Shown one piece after another: positions 19,454 to 27,229 of a stretch of 64,000 bases of DNA. The notes beneath the pieces are model-generated. The model did not search any database. It was not told the DNA's origin and was given only the letters and a program-made list of their open reading frames with translations. Every line of letters starts with the position of its first letter. Position 1 is the stretch's first letter. A program made the translations under genes and the position numbers. This DNA comes from a virus. Where the stretch lies: positions 1-64,000 of the IMG/VR virus record IMGVR_UViG_3300023179_000053; one strand, written 5' to 3'.

Positions 19454-19759
19454 ATGGCACAAGGCAAGCAAGCACACCCGACCGCACGGCTCAAGGGCAC
19501 GGCGGTCACACCAGCGGTCGCAACGACCGCACAAGTGGTGGTTGCCCCAGCAACGACCACACCGCAAGTGGTGGCTGCCCCAGCAGTCACTCCGCAAGCG
19601 CCGAAGCGCAAGGCTCAGCCTGCGCCGAAGCGCAAGCGCCAGCGCAAGCCAATGAGCGAAGCGACGAAGCGCAAGATTCGTCGTGCTCACCGCAAGCGCA
19701 CTCGTCGCAATCGAATCCGCAAGGCACTCCGCCGAGCGGTTCGGTTCGGCAAGAAATAA
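19454..19759 (+). CDS. Cassette 3: highly basic protein with an Arg/Lys-rich C-terminus
   Basis: SD GGGAGG; ATT.QVV.AP repeats, then KRKRQRK...RRAHRKRTRRNR. Confidence 0.75.
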   Translation: MAQGKQAHPTARLKGTAVTPAVATTAQVVVAPATTTPQVVAAPAVTPQAPKRKAQPAPKRKRQRKPMSEATKRKIRRAHRKRTRRNRIRKALRRAVRFGKK

Positions 19760-19995
19760 ACCCACCGCTTGCCACCACGGGGGCGGGGCGGGGCGAAAGC
19801 CCCGCCCCGCTCCTTTTTTTGTCTTTTGAAGGGCGGGCATGCGTGCGCCTAGCCGGCTTGCACGCCTTTTCACCCGATACACTCACTTACTCGGTTGAGT
19901 ACACTTACTTGGCGTAATAGTAAGTTGTTGAGTACCGCCAAGCACCTAGTCACGCAAGTAGCGTGGGGTAAGCAAGGTGGTGGAGGGAATACGCA

Positions 19996-20301
19996 ATGGC
20001 AATGGAAATCATCACCGCCATCGTTCAGGCATTGGCAAGCCTGAACCCCAACAAGCCCCAAGTGGGCGTGTGGTTGCCCGAAGCGACCTACACGAACGCA
20101 GGCACGGTGCTTGACGACAAGGCGTTCAACCGCCACTACGCCGACTGGTACAGCCGTATCGTTTCGGTGGCAGGGCAAGTGAATGTCGTGTGGGTTGCCG
20201 AAATCCGCATTGACGAAAACGGCATCAACACGGTGGCGGAGTGTTATCTCAGCCCTACCGCAATGGTTGAGCCAACCGTAATACTCGGCGTGCGCAAGTA
20301 G
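19996..20301 (+). CDS. Cassette 4 hypothetical protein
   Basis: SD GGAGGG; followed by terminator. Confidence 0.75.
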   Translation: MAMEIITAIVQALASLNPNKPQVGVWLPEATYTNAGTVLDDKAFNRHYADWYSRIVSVAGQVNVVWVAEIRIDENGINTVAECYLSPTAMVEPTVILGVRK

Positions 20302-20527
20302 GCACGCCAGCGCCGAACCTCCCACGGCGCAGGGGGCGGGGTCGCAAGACTCCGCCCCCGCTTTTTTTTGCCTTTTGAAGGGCGGGCATGCGTGCGCCTA
20401 GCCGGCTTGCACGCCCTTTCACCAGATACACTTACTCTCTGAGTTGAGTACACTTACTTTATCTAATACTAAGGTAATACACATCAAGTCGTGCTGAACA
20501 GAAGTAGGTACGAGATTGGGGAATGTA

Positions 20528-20932
20528 ATGGATACGGATAAACTTCGGATAATCCTGATGAGTGTCTACTTGATACTCAAAGAGCGTTACAACAAGTTGG
20601 GTGAAATCATTGAGAATGCCCCACCCGCACCAGAACACGCTGAGAAAGCGGTGGACTTGGTGCTTCACTGCGTTACCGCCATTCAGGAAGTTCATCATCA
20701 CCGAGATGATTTGGTCATTCACCTCAATGAGGGTATGGTCAACGAAAAAGTACGGTTCCAGCCAGACAGTCAGCAGGCATTGGCTCTGATAATGGGGTTG
20801 CGTGAAGTCAACATCACCATCACCAAACTAGCAGAACTGTTGCCGTTGGCGCACCGAGATGCCAACTGGTTGCGAACGACTGGAAATGTTGTAAACCACG
20901 GCATTCAGGAGTATGTCGATGGACTGAAATAA
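20528..20932 (+). CDS. Cassette 5 hypothetical helical protein (MDTDKLR...)
   Basis: SD GGGGA; followed by terminator. Confidence 0.72.
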   Translation: MDTDKLRIILMSVYLILKERYNKLGEIIENAPPAPEHAEKAVDLVLHCVTAIQEVHHHRDDLVIHLNEGMVNEKVRFQPDSQQALALIMGLREVNITITKLAELLPLAHRDANWLRTTGNVVNHGIQEYVDGLK

Positions 20933-21126
20933 GAAGTCGGGCGGGGGGCGAAAGCCTCCCGCCCTCTTTTTTTGTGATCTGGTGGGCGGGCGAGCTGCGA
21001 CTAGCTGTCTTGCACGCCCACTCACACGCTACACTTACTCACCAAGTTGAGTACACTTACTTGATGTGATAGTAAGGTGTTATTCACAAGGCGGTGCTCG
21101 GATAGCACCGCAGAAAGGGGAGCGTC

Positions 21127-21432
21127 ATGCTACCCAACAGCGAGAATAAAGCAGTTGAGAAATTGGTCAACCTGCTTGCGAATACAGGCTACACCGTCAA
21201 CCAAAAACGTTGGGATGATGGGGCAGAAACAAAAGAAGTTCAGATTCCGCTCGGAACTGACTTCATGTTTCTGAAACTCTATCGCCCGTCAGAAAACGAC
21301 AGTTGGGTGCTGTCGGAACTGACTACTGGCAACGAACTTGCCATGATGTGGCAACCAACGCCGTATGAAAATGCGGTGAAGCAGATCGTTCATGAAATCA
21401 TTGACGGTCGCTTAGTCAAAACAAAACGCTAG
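21127..21432 (+). CDS. Cassette 6 hypothetical protein
   Basis: SD AAGGGGAG; followed by terminator. Confidence 0.75.
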   Translation: MLPNSENKAVEKLVNLLANTGYTVNQKRWDDGAETKEVQIPLGTDFMFLKLYRPSENDSWVLSELTTGNELAMMWQPTPYENAVKQIVHEIIDGRLVKTKR

Positions 21433-21648
21433 GAGGAGCGCAAGGGGAGCGGGGCGAAAGCCCCGCTCCCTTTTTTGCTTTTTGCGTGGTGGGCGTGCTG
21501 CGCCTAGCCGGCTTGCACACCACTTCTCCTGACACACTCACTCACTAGGTTGAGTACACTTACTTGGCGTAATAGTAGGTTGTTGAGTGTCGCCAAGCAC
21601 CTAGTCACGCAAGTAGCGTGGGGTAAGCGAAGCGATAAGGGGAATGTA

Positions 21649-21852
21649 ATGTCGCTATTCCAAAAAGGCGATAAGGTCACATTCATTCGTGGTAAGCGCA
21701 AAGGCGAGACTTGGGTGGTTGAGTTTCATAACTACCACGGCGTTGGCGTTTATCCACTCAAAGGCGAAACCCAACACAAGCGACCAATCGTCGGTATGCT
21801 GGCAGACGCAAACGACCTGATACTCACCGAGCGTGTGTTGACGGTCGTGTAA
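21649..21852 (+). CDS. Cassette 7 small SH3/KOW-like protein (MSLFQKGDKVTFIRGKRKGETWVV)
   Basis: SD AAGGGG; KOW-like GD.V....G..KG pattern. Confidence 0.7.
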   Translation: MSLFQKGDKVTFIRGKRKGETWVVEFHNYHGVGVYPLKGETQHKRPIVGMLADANDLILTERVLTVV

Positions 21853-22094
21853 TCCCCCCAAGACACCCTTGTGGCTAGGGTGTGACGCTATGCGTCAGAG
21901 TGGCGAGCAGGAGTGGTGTCCTGCTCGCCACTTTCTTTTTTTGTTTTTTTGCGGGTGGGCGAGCTGCGCCTAGCCGGCTTGCACACCCGCACACACGGCA
22001 CATAAACTCTCTCAGTTGAGTACACTTACTTGATACAATACTAAGTTGTTGAGTGCCAGCCGAAACCCAAGTAAGTTGGCAGGGAGAAATAGCA

Positions 22095-22436
22095 ATGCCA
22101 AAAGTCAAACTCAGCGACCTTGTGAAGTCTTTTCAGTTCACACGAAAGGCGCAAAAAGTAAAGGAATACAAGGGAGTAACGGTGAACGGCAAGAGCCCGC
22201 ATCGTTGGGCGGAATACGCTAGAAAGCACCACACAGGTGACTTGCTTGCTTGCCAATTCATCTTTCTTGGTGCGATTAGTCAGCGCACCGTAGACACTTT
22301 CGTTCAGAAAGTGCGTGATGAAATTGATACTGACCAGAAAATTGCCCTACCCACCGAGCGTGAGTTGGAGCAAGCCCAGGAGCAAGACCGTATCGGTACA
22401 GGGTTGCCGACCAAGTTCTGGGTGAAGGGAGTGTAA
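22095..22436 (+). CDS. Cassette 8 protein (MPKVKLSDL...)
   Basis: SD AGGGAG; N-terminus shared with cassettes 9-11. Confidence 0.75.
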   Translation: MPKVKLSDLVKSFQFTRKAQKVKEYKGVTVNGKSPHRWAEYARKHHTGDLLACQFIFLGAISQRTVDTFVQKVRDEIDTDQKIALPTERELEQAQEQDRIGTGLPTKFWVKGV

Positions 22437-22630
22437 GAAGTTGGGCGGGGGCGAAAGCCCCCGCCCTTTTTCTTTGTCTTGCGGGTGGGCGAGAGGCGCT
22501 TAGCCAGCTTGCACGCCCGCTCACACGGGGCATAGACACAATGAATTGAGTACACTTACTTGACCTAATAGTAAGTTGTTGAGTGCTGACGGGGACGCAA
22601 TTCCCTACCACCCCGCAGTGGAGAAAAGCA

Positions 22631-22930
22631 ATGGCAAAAGTCAAACTCAGCGAGATTCAGAATCAGCTGGTCAAGCGTGGGCGAGATGCCTATCAGAACC
22701 CCGAACTCGAAGCGGAACTGATGACACTCGACCCGTCAGACCCCGATTCGGCAATCTCGTTTGACGAAGCGCAATTCACGGGAGACCCCGACAGTGACGC
22801 ATACACGAACCACAAGAACTTGTGGCGTGCTCGTGTCGCTTCGTGCGCCGAGCGTGTGTTGCCCGAAGCGGAACTCACGATTCAGTGGACTCGTGAGACC
22901 CACGAGATGATTGTCTCGTTCCGCAAGTAA
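22631..22930 (+). CDS. Cassette 9 protein, paralog family A (MAKVKLSEIQNQLVKRGRDAY)
   Basis: SD GGAG; clear paralog of cassettes 10 and 11. Confidence 0.85.
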   Translation: MAKVKLSEIQNQLVKRGRDAYQNPELEAELMTLDPSDPDSAISFDEAQFTGDPDSDAYTNHKNLWRARVASCAERVLPEAELTIQWTRETHEMIVSFRK

Positions 22931-22980
22931 TACCCCGCAATGGGAATCGCCCCGCCGAGTGACACGGCGGGGCTTTTCTC

Positions 22981-23019
22981 GCTGGCGTTCTTGATGCTAT
23001 TCGCATCTTGACCGCCAGC
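22981..23019 (-). repeat. Inverted-orientation copy of the cassette inverted-repeat element (also 23568-23606 and 24145-24181)
   Basis: Cores GCTATTCGC, GCTAATCGC and GCTAGGCGC are reverse complements of the forward GC-RNNTA-GC core. Confidence 0.75.
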
Positions 23020-23226
23020 CGCCCTGGTAGCGCTCTCTCGATCTCTTTAGTACACATTTCTCAACGTAAGCGGGCGTACAAGGAGCGCTTAGCTCCCTTG
23101 TACGACCGGCTCGCTGGTTCATACCCATAGGCAGTTGAATACACTTACTCGGCGCAATAGTAAGGTATTGAGTGTTGATGGGCGCTGAGTAAATCAGCAC
23201 TAGACCCCCACAACAGGAGAAACAGA

Positions 23227-23520
23227 ATGGCTAAGGTCAGTCTGTCGGCAATACAGTCACAACTCGTCAAGCGTGGGCGTGATGCCTACGAGAACGAGGC
23301 GCTAGCCGAGGAGTTGCGAGGGCTTGACCCGAGCGACCCCGACAGCGCCATCAAGTTCGCTGACGCTCAGGGCGACCCCAACGATGAGAAATACACCAAC
23401 CACAAGAACTTGTGGCGTGGGCGTGTCTCGTCGGTCGCATCGCAACTCGGTATCCCCGATGGGGCGTTGAGCATCATCTGGACATTCTCGGGTGAGATGG
23501 TCGTGACCTACAAGCGCTAG
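23227..23520 (+). CDS. Cassette 10 protein, paralog family A
   Basis: SD AGGAG; LDPSDPDSAI and YTNHKNLWR shared with cassette 9. Confidence 0.85.
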   Translation: MAKVSLSAIQSQLVKRGRDAYENEALAEELRGLDPSDPDSAIKFADAQGDPNDEKYTNHKNLWRGRVSSVASQLGIPDGALSIIWTFSGEMVVTYKR

Positions 23521-23810
23521 ACATAGGGCGCAGAGAGTGGGCGAGGCGCAAGCCTCGCCCATTTCTCGCTGGTGTTCTAGATGCTAATCGCATCTTGACC
23601 ACCAGCCTTTGGGTTTCCCTATCTCTCTCATTTTTAATACTCATTTTCTAATAGTTTTGTTTATGTGGGTGGGCGAAGCAGCGCTTAGCTGATTGCACAC
23701 CCACTCTCTCGGTACACGCATTCGCATAGTTGAGCGCACTTACTTGGCATGATAGTAGGTTGATACATGTGAACGGCGAGCCGCCAACAAACACGAAAGA
23801 GAGAACAACT

Positions 23811-24089
23811 ATGAAAGTCAGACTTTCCGACATTCAGAGTCAACTGGTGAAGCGTGGGCGTGACGCATTCCAAGACCCAATCTTGGAAGCAGGCTTGCTC
23901 TCGCTCAATGCCGACAACGAAGACGAAGCATTCGTCTACGAAGCAGGCAAAGGCAATCCCGAAGATGAGAACTACGGTTCGCACAAAAACAAGGTGCGGG
24001 CTCGTATCGTCTCAGTGGCAGAACAGAACAGTCTGTCGGTGTCCATTATGTGGACATTCGCAGGCGACTGTGTAATCACACTGAAATAA
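23811..24089 (+). CDS. Cassette 11 protein, paralog family A
   Basis: MKVRLSDIQSQLVKRGRDAF...HKNKVRAR...IMWTF. Confidence 0.85.
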   Translation: MKVRLSDIQSQLVKRGRDAFQDPILEAGLLSLNADNEDEAFVYEAGKGNPEDENYGSHKNKVRARIVSVAEQNSLSVSIMWTFAGDCVITLK

Positions 24090-24903
24090 CAACCAGGCTT
24101 GCCGTTCGCAGGATAAGGCGCACCGAAAGGTGCGCCTTTTTCCGTTGGTGGTCAAGATGCTAGGCGCATCTTGACCACCAATTTTTTCAATGTTTTTGTC
24201 TCTATAAATTTAATACAAATTTCTAATGCCTTTGTTTGGCGGGTGCTCCAAATAAAAATGCATTTTTATTTGCACACCCGTGTTTTTTTATTTATTTATT
24301 CCTTTACTTTAATCTATATTCCTAATTACATCTATGCATTTGTTTATGTATTTCAAATTGTAATTAGTTTTGACTATGCGCACACAAGACAAATTTTTTT
24401 TGGGCATACCGTGGTATGCCAAAGGCTGTGGTGAATGCTGTTTAGTTCTCTCCGGCTATTGCCATACAGATCTATACATTACCCCGCACATTATTATCTA
24501 GGTAATAACAACGGTGTAATCATTACGGCAAACACCACGTATTAAAATTTCTAAATCCCTCGATAGACCTCCACTCAAATTCCTGTTTAGTTCTACCGAT
24601 TAAAAGGGTGATGTATCTGGCAATAAAAAAATCGGGATTTATTTGTTTCTTTCAGTATATGTAAATGCCTTTATGTACTTTTAGACACCCTAATGGGATA
24701 TATATACGTTCTCAAATTATGAGCACTTCACAATTGCACACTTTTTATCTGTTTTTACCCCATTTTTCCCTACTTTTCCCCACTTTTTACCACTTTTTAC
24801 TATGTTTTTGCCTATTTTTATAGTTTTTTTTGTGCCGATTTTAGGCAAAATTTTTTTGGAATATGCCTATTTCTAAGCATATTCCTTTATTTTTGGCTAC
24901 AAA

Positions 24904-24919
24904 TGTTCCACGTGGAACG
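24904..24919. other. parS-like palindrome TGTTCCACGTGGAACG
   Basis: Perfect 14-bp palindrome close to the bacterial chromosomal parS consensus TGTTNCACGTGAAACA, in a long non-coding region. Confidence 0.65.
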
Positions 24920-24974
24920 CTGAACTACAATCTATTTTAATATATACAACGAGATTGGAGTGGTCGTCTCTTAC

Positions 24975-25039
24975 TATTTAACCACGTAAGCATAAGTTTG
25001 TGAGTATTTAACCACGTAAGCATAAGTTTGTGAGTATTT
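24975..25039. repeat. Exact 30-bp tandem duplication
   Basis: TATTTAACCACGTAAGCATAAGTTTGTGAG x2. Confidence 0.9.
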
Positions 25040-26555
25040 CTTGTTTTAGGTCTTCTAGGAGAGAGATACAGTTATCATATGATATATCATGATCAAACCT
25101 TACCCCGGCATTTTTAAGTTTCTTTAAAACCTTTTGTGTTGATTCTATTGTTTTAAGCTTTTTTTCTTCAGTACAACGATAGCAATCGCACATTTGTTCT
25201 AAATCTAAATTATTTGTTATTCCCATGTTACAAAACCTTCCGGAGTTCTATAAGTATAGCCATCTTTATCTTTCTCCTCCAAATAATACGATTTATCCAC
25301 TTCTTCAAAGAGTTGTTTTAATTGATCTTGCAATACCTGAAGCTTTACAATAGCCATATCTTGTCCAGATATCACACCAGATATAAATTCTCTATCCGGG
25401 TCGTCTGAGTCTAAATCAGATGTTTCTCTTTGATATTCCATGTTCATTCTACCAAGAGATTCAATTTCATATTGGACTTTTCTTAAAACAATATTTGCTA
25501 ATGATTGCATTCTTAGAGGTGTATTTTCTTTACTCATTATTGTTCTTCACAGCTTTCTAATGAAAAGAAACTTATATCCCAACCGTAATATTCTTTTAGC
25601 AATTCAACTGCATTTGTATATGCTTGATCTTCATTTTCTGCTTCTACAGAAGTAATTACTACAGCATAATCATGTGCAAATGTTAGGTTATAGCTAGCCA
25701 TTTTTGCCCTCCTCGTCATATAAATATCCAATGACAGCAATCATTATTAGTCCAAATACTATTATTACTCCTGTTAAAATATCCCAATCTCTCACTATTC
25801 GACCATCTCTCTATTACTCTTTATTGCATCTAAAGAATTCTCTAATCTCCTCCAGATAGCTATACATAAGGTTATAATCCCCGATAGGCAAAGGAATACC
25901 CAAAACTTCCAACTCTTGAAAAACGCAGTGAACATAATTTGTTTTTTCCTCCATTTGTTGATAATTTGTCATTATGATAATTAAGCTTTAGTGTTAGTAC
26001 TATTTATCCATTTTGTAGCGAAATCATAAAGATCAACTGAAAGAATATCTATCATCTCTACAATTTCTTCTCGTGGATAATTTTCTATTGGCTCCCATAA
26101 AGTAACTGACTCATCAGTTTCATCAAGTATTGCTTCGATTATCTGATCAGCATTGTAATTTTCTGGGAAATCAGATGTATAATGCATACAGGCTTGGTAT
26201 AAAGCTTTTTGTTTTATTTCTCTGATTAATTCTTCAGTTAAAATCATTTAAAAGACTCCTTTGGTAATTTGGATCTAACCCACATTGTTATAGCTCTGTG
26301 TGTTTCTTCATCTTCAGGTTCAGTTATATATTCATACTGAGCTTCTAAAATTGATATCAATTCACACACTAAACTAAATTCATCTGGGAATGGTTCAAAT
26401 TTATTCACAGTCGTGTCCATATGATGCTTCATCGGCAGTTAATAGTTTATTGCATTCTATGCATTTTGATACATAGATTTGTTCACCTTTAACTAGCACT
26501 TTTGCTATGCCAATTTTGCCGGCAATATATTCAGAATTTTCATCATTTACTTTTG

Positions 26556-27197
26556 TCATACATTTTCCTTTTCTCTATCATTTTTGTGATTAACAACCAT
26601 TGTTTCTGAGAATTCAGCTGGAAATAGATTTGCTCTTGTTTTATTAACTTCTCTTGTAACATAAGAAATAACTTGACAAGAACTCATTGGTTGATAATAA
26701 AAAGTCCTTTCTGGAAGATGAACTTGGTCTGTGTCTTCATCATTATCAATTTTTTTACCTAGTAATTTATGACTTTCAAAATTACCTTCTGCGTCAAATA
26801 GTTCAGAGTAAACTGAAAATGCATCATTCCATGTATCTATTGGTAAACTATCGTGAATAATTTGCAGCAAAATAACCATTTGTACTGATTCATTAGTCAT
26901 TTCCCAATTTGGATTAGATTGTAAAATAACACTAAGAACAGATTCACAAGTTGCTGCATTATCTTCTACATAGTATTCATCAGCAATTGCTTTGTTCATT
27001 ATAAATCCTAAAGCACATCTTGCTGGCTCTTCATAAGCTTTATAACCAAAGTATTGGCAATTTTCGCCAACAACTTCGTCACCATCTTCATCAGAATAAA
27101 GATCGTATGACTTTGCATTTTGCTGCATCATTTGATCCCAAACATAATAAAAGATTGCTTTATCTGTTTTAAATAGTGTTTCTGCTTTGTTTTTCAT
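26556..27197 (-). CDS. Hypothetical protein, paralog of 41230-41649
   Basis: Shared TDK..F.Y....L..QN.KS, DEDG.V, C.Y.G..CA.G, PNW.. and LQI.HD. Confidence 0.7.
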   Translation of the reverse strand: MKNKAETLFKTDKAIFYYVWDQMMQQNAKSYDLYSDEDGDEVVGENCQYFGYKAYEEPARCALGFIMNKAIADEYYVEDNAATCESVLSVILQSNPNWEMTNESVQMVILLQIIHDSLPIDTWNDAFSVYSELFDAEGNFESHKLLGKKIDNDEDTDQVHLPERTFYYQPMSSCQVISYVTREVNKTRANLFPAEFSETMVVNHKNDREKENV

Positions 27198-27229
27198 TTT
27201 ATACTCTCCTGTTTGTTTTTACTGTTTAA

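Larger units (their letters stand above)
18489..24181 (+). repeat. Array of 11 single-gene cassettes delimited by a ~100-bp bipartite repeat
   Basis: Box GTTGAGTACACTTACT-N7-ATA(G/C)TA(A/G)G(T/G)T starts at 18553, 19023, 19380, 19894, 20443, 21046, 21549, 22015, 22545, 23134 and 23729. Each is preceded by an inverted repeat and followed by one ORF and a terminator. Confidence 0.95.

Noticed and set aside
18553-23761. CRISPR array interpretation of the repeated box
   Set aside because: Repeats are 360-600 bp apart and separated by whole genes with terminators. There is no cas1/cas2, and the Cas4-like gene sits alone in the recombination operon.
18553-23761. Classical integron attC sites (GTTGAGT/GTTGAAT/GTTGAGC fit GTTRRRY)
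   Set aside because: No complementary RYYYAAC box upstream, the GTT is not part of the hairpin, unit 9 has ATT, and no IntI is visible. The match may be coincidental.
18273-23984. ORF-track entries starting MSTLT/MSALT, and antisense ORFs (MYST..., ...SKCTQL...)
   Set aside because: Artefacts of translating the repeated box (TTG start) or its complement. The true starts are downstream SD-led ATGs.
24171-24434. 87-aa ORF after the array
   Set aside because: TTG start inside the palindrome, no SD, low-complexity T-rich sequence; probably non-coding.
24975-25039. 30-bp tandem duplication as an att site or functional repeat
   Set aside because: It simply duplicates the 3' end of ORF 25008..25226; likely replication slippage or an assembly artefact.
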